Shown here: one piece after another, positions 30,968 to 42,259 of the stretch | Layout of the letters: each line of letters opens with the position of its first letter | How positions within the stretch are numbered: the stretch's first letter is position 1 | NCBI GenBank assembly: GCA_965243135.1 | Contig: OZ251539.1 | Span: forward strand, 3,712,001 to 3,776,000 | Reading direction: 5' to 3' | Origin: Alphaproteobacteria bacterium | GTDB taxonomy: Bacteria; Pseudomonadota; Alphaproteobacteria; MPNO01; UBA830 | DNA: 64,000 bases | Made by a program: the position numbers and the translations under genes | Notes under the pieces: generated by a model | The model's database searches: none | The model's input: the letters and a program-made list of their open reading frames with translations, nothing else | What the model was told of the DNA's origin: nothing

Positions 30968-33361
30968 ATGCCCGGGCTGAGCAAGGCCTTTTCTTCATGG
31001 CAAGAGTCGTCGGCTTTCCTGAAGCGCCGGCTGCGGGAAGCGTGCGGCGTTCTGGCCTTTCTGGCCGGACTCGCGCTCCTCGCGGCCGTTGCGGGCTACG
31101 ATTCCTCCGACCCGTCGTGGAGCCACGCTGTCGCGGGCGGCGTCGCGAATCCGCTCGGGCGGACGGGCGCCTGGATCGCCGACATCCTCCTGCAGAGCAC
31201 CGGGGCCGCGGCGGTTCTGCCCGGCGTCGTCCTGATGGTCTGGGGCGGACGCATCGGCGCGCACCGGTCGATGGGCCGGTTGTGGCTCCGCGTCGTCTCG
31301 GCGCCGCTGGCCTTGCTGCTCGCGACCGTCGCGCTGGCGGCCCTGCCCGCGCCCGCTTCCTGGCCGGTGCAGACGGGCGGCTTCACCGGGCACGTCATGC
31401 TTTCCGCCCTCGAGGCCCTGGCGCAGCGGGCGAACGCGGCGGGGACGACGCCCTTCGTCGCGGCCGCGCTGGCGGCGGCGGCGTTCGTCGCGGCGCTCGG
31501 CGTTCCGTGGAGCGAATGGCGGGGGGCCGCGCGCGGCGTCCTGCGACTGGGGACGGGAACGGCGCGGGCGGGAATGGCCGGCGGACGCAAGGGCCTGCGC
31601 GCCGTCCGCTGGGCCGGCGGCGCCTTGGAGCGGACGCGCCCGGACGACGACGCGTCCCCGGCCCGGCCCGAGGTTTCCGCATCCGAACGCGCGGCCCCGG
31701 ACGTCGTTTCCGGGACGGCCGCCGAGGCGATCCCGGAGCCGCCGCCCGAACGGATCGTCGCCGCCCGCCGGCGCAAGCCGGCCGAGGGCAAGCGCGCCGC
31801 GGAACTGCGGCAGCCGAATCTCGACCTCGGACCCGACGAGTACTCGCTGCCGCCGCTCGACGCCCTGGATCCGGCGCCCGAGGCCAATCCGGAGAGCCGG
31901 CAGAACGAGGAAGCGCTGGCGGAGAACGCGCGCCTTCTGGAATCGGTTCTGGAGGACTTCGGGGTGCGCGGACGCATCGTCAAGGTGCGTCCGGGTCCGG
32001 TGGTCACGCTGTACGAACTGGAACCGGCTCCCGGCACCAAGTCCGCCCGCGTGATCGGCCTCGCCGACGACATCGCCCGGTCCATGAGCGCGGTGTCCGT
32101 GCGCGTCGCGGTGGTGCCCGGCAAGAACGTGATCGGCATCGAACTGCCCAACGCCGTCCGCGAGCTGGTCGCCCTCCGCGAGCTGATGGGGTCGAAGGAA
32201 TTCGAGAACCACTCCGGCGCGCTGACGCTGGCTCTCGGCAAGGACATCGGCGGCGCCGCCGTCATGGTCGACCTCGCGAGGATGCCGCATCTGCTGATCG
32301 CCGGCACGACCGGCTCGGGCAAGTCCGTCGCCGTCAACACGATGATCGTGTCGCTGCTCTACCGGTTGCCGCCGGACCGCTGCAAGCTGATCATGATCGA
32401 TCCGAAGATGCTCGAGCTCTCGGTCTACGACGACATCCCCCATTTGCTGGCGCCGGTGGTGACGGATCCCGCGAAGGCGGTCGTGGCGCTGCGCTGGGCG
32501 GTGCGCGAAATGGAGGACCGTTACCGCGCGATGTCGACGATGGGGGTGCGCAACATCCTCGGCTACAACCAGCGCATCGCCGACGCCCTCGAAAAGGGCG
32601 AGGCCATGACCCGCACCGTGCAGACCGGCTTCGACCCCGAAACCGGCGAGCCGGTCTACGAGGAGCAGGAATGCGGTGACGCTCCGCTCCCGCACATCGT
32701 CGTGATCGTCGACGAGATGGCCGACCTGATGCTGGTCGCCGGCAAGGAAGTCGAGGGCGCGGTCCAGCGCCTGGCCCAGATGGCGCGCGCCGCCGGCATT
32801 CATCTGATCATGGCGACGCAGCGTCCGTCCGTCGACGTCATCACCGGCACGATCAAAGCGAACTTTCCGACGCGCGTAAGCTTCCAGGTGACGTCCAAGA
32901 TCGACAGCCGGACGATTCTGGGCGAAGGGGGCGCCGAGCAACTGCTCGGCCAGGGCGACATGCTCTACCTGGCGGGCGGCGGACGCATACGCCGCGTCCA
33001 CGGGCCGTTCATTTCCGACGAGGCGGTCGAACGGACCGTCGCGTTTTTGCGCAGCCAGGCCGCTCCCGACTATATCGAGGAGGTCACCGAGGGCGAGCAC
33101 GAATCGCCGTTCATTCCGACCGAGGGAGCCGCGGGCGCCGGAGGCGACAACAGCGGAGACGCGCTCTACGATCAGGCGGTCGCGATCGTCTGCCGCGAGC
33201 GCAAGCCGACGACGAGCTTCGTGCAGCGGCAGTTGCAGATCGGCTACAACCGGGCGGCGCGACTCATCGAGCGGATGGAAGCGGAAGGCGTCGTCAGCAA
33301 GCCGAATCACGCCGGCAAGAGGGAGGTCCTCGCTCGCGACGCCGACGCCCATGAAGCCTGA
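30968..33361 (+). CDS. ftsK: DNA translocase FtsK
   Basis: 4TM N-terminus, [29 protein letters not shown] gamma domain. Confidence 0.97.
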   Translation: MPGLSKAFSSWQESSAFLKRRLREACGVLAFLAGLALLAAVAGYDSSDPSWSHAVAGGVANPLGRTGAWIADILLQSTGAAAVLPGVVLMVWGGRIGAHRSMGRLWLRVVSAPLALLLATVALAALPAPASWPVQTGGFTGHVMLSALEALAQRANAAGTTPFVAAALAAAAFVAALGVPWSEWRGAARGVLRLGTGTARAGMAGGRKGLRAVRWAGGALERTRPDDDASPARPEVSASERAAPDVVSGTAAEAIPEPPPERIVAARRRKPAEGKRAAELRQPNLDLGPDEYSLPPLDALDPAPEANPESRQNEEALAENARLLESVLEDFGVRGRIVKVRPGPVVTLYELEPAPGTKSARVIGLADDIARSMSAVSVRVAVVPGKNVIGIELPNAVRELVALRELMGSKEFENHSGALTLALGKDIGGAAVMVDLARMPHLLIAGTTGSGKSVAVNTMIVSLLYRLPPDRCKLIMIDPKMLELSVYDDIPHLLAPVVTDPAKAVVALRWAVREMEDRYRAMSTMGVRNILGYNQRIADALEKGEAMTRTVQTGFDPETGEPVYEEQECGDAPLPHIVVIVDEMADLMLVAGKEVEGAVQRLAQMARAAGIHLIMATQRPSVDVITGTIKANFPTRVSFQVTSKIDSRTILGEGGAEQLLGQGDMLYLAGGGRIRRVHGPFISDEAVERTVAFLRSQAAPDYIEEVTEGEHESPFIPTEGAAGAGGDNSGDALYDQAVAIVCRERKPTTSFVQRQLQIGYNRAARLIERMEAEGVVSKPNHAGKREVLARDADAHEA

Positions 33362-33986
33362 AGGCGCGCTCCGCCGCGTTCTCCTGCTCGTCGTCTTCGC
33401 GTGTTTCCCCTGGGCGGCGCAGGCGGCCGGCGAGCCGGCGGACCGGGCGGACATAGCGAAGGTCGAGGCCTATCTGAACTCGCTGCGCTCCCTTCGCAGC
33501 GAGTTCGTGCAGCGTTCGTCGGGCGGCCGCATCGCGGAAGGGACGATCTACGCCATGCGGCCGGGCCGCCTGCGGCTCGACTACAAGCCTCCCTCGACCA
33601 TGCAGTTCTACGCCAACGGCGACTGGCTCCTCCACGTGGACACGGGGCTGGAGTCGGTCAACCGGGTTCCGCTGTCCTCGACGCCGGCGCGTTTCCTGAC
33701 GGCGGACCGGATCAGCCTTTCGCAGGACGCGGCGGTCCGGCGCGTCGACCGCGGCCGCGGCGCGATAACGCTGGAACTGGCGGACCGCGAAGATCCGGAC
33801 GCCGGCAGCATCGCCTTGCGGTTCTCGACGAAGCCGATGGCGCTCCGCGGGTGGACCGTCGCGGACGCGGAAGGCACGACCACCTCCGTGACGCTCGCGG
33901 AGCCGGAATTCAACGTCCCGATCCCGCGCCGGGTGTTCGTCTTCGACGCAAGGACTTTCGAGCGCGACCAGGACTTCGGGGATTGA
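33351..33986 (+). CDS. lolA: Outer-membrane lipoprotein carrier LolA
   Basis: Signal peptide, RPGRLRLDY, position after ftsK. Confidence 0.85.
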   Translation: MKPEGALRRVLLLVVFACFPWAAQAAGEPADRADIAKVEAYLNSLRSLRSEFVQRSSGGRIAEGTIYAMRPGRLRLDYKPPSTMQFYANGDWLLHVDTGLESVNRVPLSSTPARFLTADRISLSQDAAVRRVDRGRGAITLELADREDPDAGSIALRFSTKPMALRGWTVADAEGTTTSVTLAEPEFNVPIPRRVFVFDARTFERDQDFGD

Positions 33987-33998
33987 CGCCCGGGCGCC

Positions 33999-36410
33999 TC
34001 AGAAGCGCTGCAGCAAGCGGTTGATGTAGTCCAGCTCGAAGCGCGAACGGTGCCGTTCCCCGGCGCGCCGACGCAGTTCCTCGATGATCTCCTGCGCGCG
34101 CTCGACGGCCCCCCGTTCGGGTATGTCGACGCTGCGCGTGTCCACCCCGTCCTCGTTCGGCAATTCGCGGCCCAGCGGATCCCGCATGGTCCTCAACGGA
34201 TTGAAGCCGTTTTCCAAGCCGCGGCCGAACCGGTTCATCATGTCGCGCATCATGCCGCGCCCGGCCCGCCGCAACGCGTCCAGCGCCTGGCCTTGCGGTC
34301 CCACGGCCTCGCCGGGCCGCGAGCGGCCGAGCGCGCGGGCCGCACCCTCCATTTCCCGGCCGGCCCGGTCGAGCGCGGCGTCGGCGGAACCGTTCCCGGG
34401 CATCGCCTCGCGCAACGCCTGCCGCAGCCTGCGGAGCATTTCGCGCAGCGCCTTCTGCTCGCGAAGGCCGGGCTGCGTTTGGCGTCCGCCCTCCTGCGAC
34501 ATTCGGAAAGTGCTGTCCAGCAATCGGCTCTGCCTGCGGATCAGGTCCTGCAGCTGGCGGAACGCCCGGTTGCCGCGAAGCGCGTCGGGGTCGGCCCGCA
34601 TCATGCGCGCGTTGCGCAGGGTCTCGAACATTCGGCTCAGTTGTCCGAGCATCCGGCGGGCGGCGTCGCGGGCGCCGGACCGCATCATCTGCCGGATCCG
34701 CTCCATCATCCGCTGCAGGTCGGCGCTCTGCAGGAGGCGCGCGGTCGGGTCGAGACGAGGCGCTTCGCCGGCGTTTTCCGCCATGCGGGCGAGTTCCCGG
34801 AGGTACCGGTTCAACGCCGTCTGGAGTTCGCGCATCAGGCGCTCGAGCTCCTCGTCGCCGGCGTCCCGCTCCAGCGCCTTCATGAGCGCCCGTTGCGCGC
34901 GCAGGAGTTCGCGTTCGGCGTGGGAAAGCTGGCCGTCCTCGACCCTGAGCGCGGTGTCCCACAACAGATCCCTGACCGGCGGGAGCGCCGCGTCCCCTTT
35001 CTCGTGCAGCAGGCGGGACCGCGAGAACGCGAGTCCCATGAACGCCACGGTGTCGTGCCCGAACGTTTCCGGGCGGGAAGCGATGTCGCCGATGTTGTCC
35101 ATGATTTCGGGGCGGCGCTCGGGTTCGGTGGTCAGGCGCCGCCGCTCGGCGACGATCCTTCTGGCGACGGGATTGTGGAACTCCCGTTCCGGCAGCACCA
35201 TTTTCATCTCTTCCGACCAGCCGCGCTGTCCGGCGGCGTCGGCGGCCGCGAGGCGGATCGCGACCGGCAGCCCCGCCCACGGATGCGCCGCAATTTCCTG
35301 GAGGCTGGTCCCGGCGAATTCCCGCGAGCCGGCCGGCGGCGTCGGCAATTCGAAGCCGAAGACCTCCTTGCCGATCACCGTTCCCCGCTCGTAGGTTCGC
35401 CGCATCTCGCCGCGGATTTCCGCGATCCCGTAATCGTCCTCCGCCCGGTAGGCGATTCTCAGGGCGCCGCGCTGGAACGGCTTCGGCGGACCGTCGAAGG
35501 AAATCCGCGGCGGCGCGTCGGGAACGCTGCGGATCCGCCACGAACCAAGGGGCTTTTCGTCGAGCAGCACGGTCAGGACGCCGCTCCCGTCGATCGTCCG
35601 TTCGAGTTTGCGGTTGACGGGATCGGCGACTTCGAACGGCGTGCGCTCGCCTCCGAACTCCAGCGCCGCTTCGCCCGTTCCTCCCGAAACGATCGCCGTC
35701 AGCGCGCTGCCCGCGGGCACGTCGATCCCGGAATCGGCTTCTCCGCCGGCCGCTTCTTCGCCGGTCCGGCGCGCCGGAAAGACCGGCGGCAGACGGGTGT
35801 ACTCGGGCGGCGCGATCCAAAGTTCGAGGCTGGCCGTCCGCGCGCCGTCCGAAACGCCGAACTGAGGCGCGAGGGACCGCTTCAGCCGGTCGCCGAAGTC
35901 GGGGCCGGCGACCGCCGCGCCCACCAGCGCCAGCAACGCAAGGCCGATTCGAAGCGCCCACGGGTCGCGGGCGGGGAGGCCGGGCGCGGGCAATCCGGGT
36001 CTGAGCGACCGCAGCTGCCCGGCCGTCCGCTCCTGATGGGTCCGCCACAGCGCGCGCGCCACGGGATCGCTCACGCCGTCCGGCAGGCTGTCCTCCAGCG
36101 CCTGCAGCGGCCGATGATCCAGATCGCTCTCGGTCTCCAGACGGCGGAGGGCGTCGCGGCGTCGCGGCCACGAGATCCGCCTCAGGCCGCGGAACAGCAA
36201 GGCGGCCGTCAGGCCGACGGTCAGCGCGAGCGCGGCGGCGTGCGCCCAGCCGGGCATCCAGGAGAAGCCGTCGAACAGCGCGAAGGCGGCGAAGGCGGCG
36301 ATCAGGCCCGTGGCCGGCCACGTCGCGGGCCACAGCGCTTCCCACGCCAGCCCTAGTCTGGCCAGCAGCAAATATCGACCGACAGCCGGTCCGCGTCGCT
36401 TCCCGCTCAT
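33999..36410 (-). CDS. TIGR02302/DUF4175 family protein
   Basis: WEALWP, RDPWALR, WIAPPEYT, RDPLGR; downstream of lysA. Confidence 0.88.
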   Translation of the reverse strand: MSGKRRGPAVGRYLLLARLGLAWEALWPATWPATGLIAAFAAFALFDGFSWMPGWAHAAALALTVGLTAALLFRGLRRISWPRRRDALRRLETESDLDHRPLQALEDSLPDGVSDPVARALWRTHQERTAGQLRSLRPGLPAPGLPARDPWALRIGLALLALVGAAVAGPDFGDRLKRSLAPQFGVSDGARTASLELWIAPPEYTRLPPVFPARRTGEEAAGGEADSGIDVPAGSALTAIVSGGTGEAALEFGGERTPFEVADPVNRKLERTIDGSGVLTVLLDEKPLGSWRIRSVPDAPPRISFDGPPKPFQRGALRIAYRAEDDYGIAEIRGEMRRTYERGTVIGKEVFGFELPTPPAGSREFAGTSLQEIAAHPWAGLPVAIRLAAADAAGQRGWSEEMKMVLPEREFHNPVARRIVAERRRLTTEPERRPEIMDNIGDIASRPETFGHDTVAFMGLAFSRSRLLHEKGDAALPPVRDLLWDTALRVEDGQLSHAERELLRAQRALMKALERDAGDEELERLMRELQTALNRYLRELARMAENAGEAPRLDPTARLLQSADLQRMMERIRQMMRSGARDAARRMLGQLSRMFETLRNARMMRADPDALRGNRAFRQLQDLIRRQSRLLDSTFRMSQEGGRQTQPGLREQKALREMLRRLRQALREAMPGNGSADAALDRAGREMEGAARALGRSRPGEAVGPQGQALDALRRAGRGMMRDMMNRFGRGLENGFNPLRTMRDPLGRELPNEDGVDTRSVDIPERGAVERAQEIIEELRRRAGERHRSRFELDYINRLLQRF

Positions 36411-37681
36411 GCCGTCCCGCCCGCTATCCAGTCCGGAACGCGATCCTGTCCTACCATCGTATCATATTCCGTCCGCGGGCGTATCACGGCGTGCGCGTCT
36501 CCGTTCACCATCGCTTCCGGAGCCGGCGGCCGGGCGTTGTAAGCCGACGACATGACGGCGCCGTAGGCGCCGGCCGACCGGACGGCGAGCAAGTCGCCCG
36601 CCGCGAGCGGCGGCAATTCGCGCTGGACCGCCAGCGCGTCGCCGCTTTCGCAAACGGGTCCGACGACGTCGACGACCGTCGCGTCCGGACCGGACGGCCG
36701 AACCGGATCGATGCCGTGCCAGGCGTCGTAAAGCGCCGGGCGAAGCAGGTCGTTCATGGCTGCGTCCACGATCGCGAACCGGCGGCCTCCGCTTTCCTTC
36801 ATGTAGATCACCCGGCTGACCAGTATGCCCGCATCCGCCGTCAAGCGGCGGCCCGGCTCCAGGGCGAGCGAAAGATCCAAGCCGCCGAAGATCTCACGGA
36901 TCAGCCCGGCGTAATCCGCCGCCGAGGGAGGGGACTCGTTCCGGTACGCGACGCCGAGTCCGCCGCCGAGATCCAGCCGGGCGACCGGGCAGCCTTCGCC
37001 GCGAAGCCGCCGGACGAGGCCGGCGAGGCGGAGGAAAGCGTCGCGGAACGGCTCCAGGTCTGTCAGCTGGGAACCGATGTGGACGGCGAGGCCGACGGGA
37101 TCGACGCCGGGCAGGACGCCGGCGCGGCGGTACGCGTCGGGAACCAGTTCGAGGGCGATGCCGAACTTGTCGCCGGCGCGGCCGGTGGAGATCTTGCGGT
37201 GGGTGCGGGCGTCGACGTCGGGATTGACGCGGATCGCGACGGCCGCCCGCCGCCCTGCGCCGGACGCGACTTCGGAAACCGCCTCGAGCTCCGCCGCGGA
37301 TTCCACGTTCAGCTGGCCGCACCCGGCCTCGAGCGCCGCGGCGATCTCCGAACGCGTCTTGCCGACGCCCGAGAACACGATCCTCGCGGGGTCGACGCCC
37401 GCCGCGAGGGCGCGCCGCAGCTCGCCCTCGGAAACCACGTCGGCCCCCGCGCCGAGCGCGGCGAACAGGGAAACGACGGCCTGATTGCCGTTCGCCTTCA
37501 CGGCGTAGCAGATGTCCGCGCCGAGCCCGTCGACCGCTCCCGCGAATTCCCGGTAGGCGTTGCGCAACCCGGCCGTCGAGTAGCAGTAAAACGGCGTTCC
37601 GATCCGCTCCGCGAGATCCGGTATCGCCACGTCCTCGGCGAACAGAACGCCGTCGCGATACGCGAAGCCGCCGGGGTTCAT
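36407..37681 (-). CDS. lysA: Diaminopimelate decarboxylase
   Basis: YAVKAN, HIGSQ, LGGGLG, GPVCESGD. Confidence 0.95.
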   Translation of the reverse strand: MNPGGFAYRDGVLFAEDVAIPDLAERIGTPFYCYSTAGLRNAYREFAGAVDGLGADICYAVKANGNQAVVSLFAALGAGADVVSEGELRRALAAGVDPARIVFSGVGKTRSEIAAALEAGCGQLNVESAAELEAVSEVASGAGRRAAVAIRVNPDVDARTHRKISTGRAGDKFGIALELVPDAYRRAGVLPGVDPVGLAVHIGSQLTDLEPFRDAFLRLAGLVRRLRGEGCPVARLDLGGGLGVAYRNESPPSAADYAGLIREIFGGLDLSLALEPGRRLTADAGILVSRVIYMKESGGRRFAIVDAAMNDLLRPALYDAWHGIDPVRPSGPDATVVDVVGPVCESGDALAVQRELPPLAAGDLLAVRSAGAYGAVMSSAYNARPPAPEAMVNGDAHAVIRPRTEYDTMVGQDRVPDWIAGGTA

Positions 37682-37809
37682 TTGGACGCCGGATAGGTCC
37701 GGGGATAGGCGCTTTCGCCTTCGCGCTCGAGCTTCTCCGGCTTCTTGCCGCAGGCGGAGAGCGCCAGGGCGGCGGCGAGAAGCAACAGGGACGTCCAGCG
37801 GATCAGCAT
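37678..37809 (-). CDS. 43-aa lipoprotein (LptM/YifL-like position), missing from the ORF track
   Basis: [23 protein letters not shown]...YPRTYPASK; lipobox LSAC; overlaps the argH stop and the lysA start. Confidence 0.75.
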   Translation of the reverse strand: MLIRWTSLLLLAAALALSACGKKPEKLEREGESAYPRTYPASK

Positions 37810-39224
37810 TCGAGAAACCGCTCCTTCGCGGCCCGGATCTGCGCGCGCACGTTGCCGGGCGCCGTGCCGCCGTAACTCGAGCGGCTCCGCGCCGAGTTCT
37901 CCGCGCCGAGCACCTCGAAAACCGCGGACGTGACGCGGCCGTCTATCGCCTGCAGATCAGGCAGCGGCAGTTCCTCGAGGCCGCACCCCCTTTCCTCCGC
38001 GAGCGCGACCGCGCGCCCGGCCGCGAAGTGGGCCTCGCGGAACGGCAGGCCGGCCTCGCGCGCGAGCCAGTCGGCGAGATCGGTCGCCGTGGCGTGGTTT
38101 TCGCCGGCGGCGGCGGCCAGACGATCCCGGTCGAAGCTCAGGTCGGCGATCATTCCGGCCGCGACCGCCAGGCAGGACATCAGCGTTTCCGCGGCGTCGA
38201 ACACGGGTTCCTTGTCCTCCTGCATGTCCTTGGAATAGGCGAGAGGCAACCCCTTCATCACGGTCGAAACCGCGACCAGCGCCCCGATCAGGCGTCCGGA
38301 CTTCCCGCGAATCAGTTCGGCGGCGTCGGGGTTGCGTTTTTGCGGCATCATCGAGCTGCCGGTGGAGAAGGCGTCCGACGGGCGCGCGAATCCGACCGAA
38401 GCCCAGAACACCAGTTCTTCTCCGAGACGCGACAGATGTCCGCCGCAGATCGCGGCCGCGGAAAGGAATTCGAGCGCGAAGTCGCGATCGGACACGGCGT
38501 CGAGCGAATTGGCGGCGGGCCGGTCGAAGCCGAGCGCGGCCGCGGTCGCCGCCCTGTCGATGGGGAACGACGTGCCGGCCAGGGCTCCGGCGCCGAGAGG
38601 CGATTCGTTGAGGCGCGACCGCGCGTCGAAGAAGCGGCCGCGGTCGCGGCCGAACATTTCGACGTACGCGAGAAGGTGGTGTCCGACCGTCACCGGCTGC
38701 GCCGCCTGCAGATGGGTGAAGCCCGGCATCACCCAATCGGCGTGCTCCTCCGCCCGCGCGACGAGCTTCGCCTGCAGGGCGGCCAGCGCCGCGTCCGCCG
38801 CGTCGGCCGCGTCGCGCACCCAGAGCCGGAAGTCGGTCGCCACCTGGTCGTTGCGCGACCGCGCCGTATGCAGCCGCCCGGCGGCGGGGCCGATCAGTTC
38901 CGTCAGCCGCGCTTCGACGTTCATGTGGATGTCCTCGAGTTCCGCGCGGAACGCGAACTCGCCGCGTTCGATCTCTCCGGCGATGCGCTTCAGGCCGTCG
39001 TCGATGGCCGCCGCCTCTTCGGGCGTCAGGACGCCGACGCCCGCGAGCATGGCCGCATGGGCGCGCGAGCCCGCGATGTCCTGCGCGTGCAGCGCCTTGT
39101 CAAATCCGATCGACGCGTTAAATCCCTGCATGAGCGCGTCGTTTCCGGCGGCGAAGCGTCCGCCCCACATCCGGTTCGGCGCGCCGCGCTCCGCCGCGGG
39201 AGGAGGGACTCCGTCGTCGTTCAT
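37803..39224 (-). CDS. argH: Argininosuccinate lyase
   Basis: [27 protein letters not shown]; start codon uncertain. Confidence 0.95.
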   Translation of the reverse strand: MNDDGVPPPAAERGAPNRMWGGRFAAGNDALMQGFNASIGFDKALHAQDIAGSRAHAAMLAGVGVLTPEEAAAIDDGLKRIAGEIERGEFAFRAELEDIHMNVEARLTELIGPAAGRLHTARSRNDQVATDFRLWVRDAADAADAALAALQAKLVARAEEHADWVMPGFTHLQAAQPVTVGHHLLAYVEMFGRDRGRFFDARSRLNESPLGAGALAGTSFPIDRAATAAALGFDRPAANSLDAVSDRDFALEFLSAAAICGGHLSRLGEELVFWASVGFARPSDAFSTGSSMMPQKRNPDAAELIRGKSGRLIGALVAVSTVMKGLPLAYSKDMQEDKEPVFDAAETLMSCLAVAAGMIADLSFDRDRLAAAAGENHATATDLADWLAREAGLPFREAHFAAGRAVALAEERGCGLEELPLPDLQAIDGRVTSAVFEVLGAENSARSRSSYGGTAPGNVRAQIRAAKERFLEC

Positions 39225-39228
39225 GGCC

Positions 39229-39783
39229 ATGCACCTCAAGATCCGCGCCATCTTCGCCGCTTGCGCGATAATGGCGATTATCGCCGGGCAATCAAGCGCC
39301 GAACGCCCGCCGCTGTCCGGATGGATGGCGGGGTTCGCGCCCGCCGCCGAACCGGCCGCGTTGCCCGGATCCGCCTTCGTCGACGAACGGGGCCGACGGT
39401 CGAGCTTCGAAGACTTCCGGGGACGGCTGGTCCTGGCGAACTTCTGGGCGACATGGTGCGGACCCTGCGTGCGCGAAATGCCGTCTCTCGCCCGTCTTCA
39501 CGCACGGCTCGGGGGCCCGGACCTGGCCGTCGTCGCGCTGTCGGAGGACCGCCTCGGCTGGAAGAAGATGGCGCCCTTCCGCGCCGCGCACGGCCTCGAA
39601 GACCTGCCGATGTTTCACGACGCCGCGTCGACGACGATGTTCGCCGCCCGGGTGAGGGGGCTGCCGACGACGATACTCCTAGGGCGCGACGGCAGGGAAC
39701 TCGGCCGCCTCGTCGGACCGGCGGAGTGGGATTCGCCGGAGGCCGAGGCGCTGATCCGGCATTACATGGACAGGCGGAACTGA
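39229..39783 (+). CDS. tlpA: TlpA-like thiol:disulfide oxidoreductase
   Basis: [26 protein letters not shown]. Confidence 0.88.
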   Translation: MHLKIRAIFAACAIMAIIAGQSSAERPPLSGWMAGFAPAAEPAALPGSAFVDERGRRSSFEDFRGRLVLANFWATWCGPCVREMPSLARLHARLGGPDLAVVALSEDRLGWKKMAPFRAAHGLEDLPMFHDAASTTMFAARVRGLPTTILLGRDGRELGRLVGPAEWDSPEAEALIRHYMDRRN

Positions 39784-39807
39784 GCGCGGCCGCGCCGCGG
39801 GCGAAGG

Positions 39808-40869
39808 TCAGGCGTCGGCCCCGACCGCGTCGGCCACGCAGCCGTATCCGTCGCGCTCGAGGAAGCGCGCGAGATCGGCCTTCAGCTTCGGGATCAGTCC
39901 GGGACCGCGGTAGATCAGGGCGGTGTAGAGCTGGATCAGGGACGCTCCGGCGCGAATCATGGCGTAGGCGTCGGCGCCGCTCGCGACGCCCCCGGATCCG
40001 ATGATGGGCAGGCGTCCCCCGGTGACGCGCCGGAAGTCGCGCACCGCTTCGATCGCCCTCGGGAAAAGCGGCGCGCCGCTGAGTCCGCCCGGCTCGTTCT
40101 TCCGGGGGTCGGTCAGCCCGTCGCGGGCGGTCGTCGTGTTGACGACGGTCATCCCGTCGACGCCGGCCTCCATCGCGACCGCGGCGATTTCGGCGCGTTG
40201 GGACCGGTCGAGATCGGGCGCGATCTTGATTACGAGCGGCGGCCGCCGGCCGGCGCCGGGCAACGCGCAAGCGCGGGCCTCGACGGAGCGCGAGAGGAGG
40301 CGCGCGAGATTCTCGCACTCCTGCATCCTGCGGAGATCGGGGGTGTTGGGAGACGATACGTTGATCACGATGAAGTCGACATGCGGCGCGACCGCCTCGA
40401 TGCAGGCGGCGTAATCCGCCAACGGGTCGGCCGTGCGCCTGTTCCTGCCGACGTTGGCGCCGAGCGGTCCGGCGTCCCGGTCGCGGCGCGAGACCCGCGC
40501 GACGTAGGGCGCGAGCCCCTCGCCATTGAAGCCGAGCCGGTTGATCACCGCGCGGTCGGAAGGCAGACGGAACAGCCGCGGCCTGGGATTGCCGGGCTGC
40601 GGCAGCGGGGTGACGGTGCCGGCTTCGACGAATCCGAAGCCCGCCGCCAGCATCCGGTCGGGCACTTCCGCACCCTTGTCGAAGCCGGCGGCGAGGCCGA
40701 CCGGATTGCGGAAGTCGATTCCCCATACCGACGTCGCGAGGACCGGCGCGTCAGGCTTCCGGTCGCACGGGCCGAGGCCGCGGGCGAGGGCGATCAACGC
40801 GGCGCGATGGGCGGTTTCCGGCGGAAGCCGCCGCAGGAGAGGCATGAACAGCGAGTGAATGTCCGTCAC
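39808..40869 (-). CDS. pyrD: Quinone-dependent dihydroorotate dehydrogenase
   Basis: AAGFDK, INRLGFN, NVSSPNTP, KIAPDL, GGLSG. Confidence 0.95.
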   Translation of the reverse strand: MTDIHSLFMPLLRRLPPETAHRAALIALARGLGPCDRKPDAPVLATSVWGIDFRNPVGLAAGFDKGAEVPDRMLAAGFGFVEAGTVTPLPQPGNPRPRLFRLPSDRAVINRLGFNGEGLAPYVARVSRRDRDAGPLGANVGRNRRTADPLADYAACIEAVAPHVDFIVINVSSPNTPDLRRMQECENLARLLSRSVEARACALPGAGRRPPLVIKIAPDLDRSQRAEIAAVAMEAGVDGMTVVNTTTARDGLTDPRKNEPGGLSGAPLFPRAIEAVRDFRRVTGGRLPIIGSGGVASGADAYAMIRAGASLIQLYTALIYRGPGLIPKLKADLARFLERDGYGCVADAVGADA

Positions 40870-40940
40870 CAGCAGGATCCCGGCGTTTCGACGGGCCGAA
40901 CCGCGTTGATCCCCCGCCCGAACCCGCCTATACCATTCCC

Positions 40941-41390
40941 ATGACGGAAACGATCGAACGGGCGAAGCAGGAAATCGTCGACGAGTTCGCGTTTTTCGAC
41001 GATTGGGTGCAACGCTACGAATATATCATCGAGATGGGAAGGAATCTTGCGGGATTGCCCGAAGAACTCAAGGACGAGGCGCACAAGGTGCCGGGATGCC
41101 AGTCGCAGGTATGGTTCCATGCGCGCCGCGACGGCGGTCGCCTCCATTTCGAAGCGGATTCCGACGCCATGATCGTTCGCGGCCTCATCGCGCTGCTTAT
41201 GCGGGTCTATTCGGGCAGGACGCCGGAGGACATCCTCCGCACGCCGCCGTCGTTCTTCGAGGTGCTGGAACTCGGGTCGCATCTCAGCGGCAGCCGGGCG
41301 AACGGGTTGCACGCCATGGTCGGGCGCATCCACGCCTACGCGGCGGCCTTCAAGGACGGCGCGGAAAGCCCCGCGGCGGCGGCCCGATGA
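40941..41390 (+). CDS. sufE: SufE family protein
   Basis: VPGCQSQVW, DSDAMIVRGL, SRANGL. Confidence 0.92.
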   Translation: MTETIERAKQEIVDEFAFFDDWVQRYEYIIEMGRNLAGLPEELKDEAHKVPGCQSQVWFHARRDGGRLHFEADSDAMIVRGLIALLMRVYSGRTPEDILRTPPSFFEVLELGSHLSGSRANGLHAMVGRIHAYAAAFKDGAESPAAAAR

Positions 41391-42238
41391 AGACGATCAC
41401 CTGGAGCGCCGGCGAATGGCTGGAGGGGAATCCGCCGATGCTGGGGCCGATGAGCCACGCCTGGTGGATGGCGTCCACGGTGTTCGACGGCGCGCGGGCG
41501 TTCCGCCGGCTGGCGCCCGATCTCGACCGTCACTGCGCCCGGCTCGTCGAGTCCGCGAAGGCGTTTCGCATGACGCCGCCGATGACCGCGGACGAAATGG
41601 TCGATCTCGCCTGGGAAGGGATCGAGAAGTTTCCCGAAGACGCCGAACTGTACGTCCGTCCGATGATGTATTTCGAGAGCGGCTTCGTCACGCCGTCCCT
41701 GGATTCCAGCAAGTTCGTCCTCACGGTGTTCGCGGCGCCGTTGCCGGAGTGGAAGGGCGTGACCGCGTGCGTTTCGAGCTACCGGCGGCCGACCCCGGAG
41801 TCCGCGCCCACCAACGCGAAGGCGTCCTGCCTCTATCCCAATGTCGGGCGCGCGATGACCGAGGCGCAGGAGAAGGGGTACGACACCGCGGTCGTGCTCG
41901 ACGCGTTCGGCAACGTCGCCGAGTTCGCGACCAACAACCTGTTCATGGTCAAGGACGGGGTCGCGAAGACCCCCGCGCTGAACGGCTGCTTCCTCGCCGG
42001 CCTGACGCGCCTTCGCGTGATCGAACTGCTGACCGCCGACGGTCGCGAGGTCGAGGAGACCACGATCACCCTGCGGGATCTTCTCGACGCCGACGAGGTG
42101 TTCCTGACCGGCAACTATTCGAAGGTGCTCCCGGTGGTGCGCGTCGCGGACCGGGACTATCAGGCCGGGCCCGTCGCCGTTCGGGCGCGGGATCTGTATT
42201 TCGAATTCTCCGAGCGCGAGGGCGGACGCAAGACCTGA
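41387..42238 (+). CDS. Branched-chain amino acid aminotransferase (class IV)
   Basis: VFDGAR, AKASCLYPN, FLAGLTR. Confidence 0.88.
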   Translation: MKTITWSAGEWLEGNPPMLGPMSHAWWMASTVFDGARAFRRLAPDLDRHCARLVESAKAFRMTPPMTADEMVDLAWEGIEKFPEDAELYVRPMMYFESGFVTPSLDSSKFVLTVFAAPLPEWKGVTACVSSYRRPTPESAPTNAKASCLYPNVGRAMTEAQEKGYDTAVVLDAFGNVAEFATNNLFMVKDGVAKTPALNGCFLAGLTRLRVIELLTADGREVEETTITLRDLLDADEVFLTGNYSKVLPVVRVADRDYQAGPVAVRARDLYFEFSEREGGRKT

Positions 42239-42259
42239 CGAACGGTCGGACCGCCCGGT

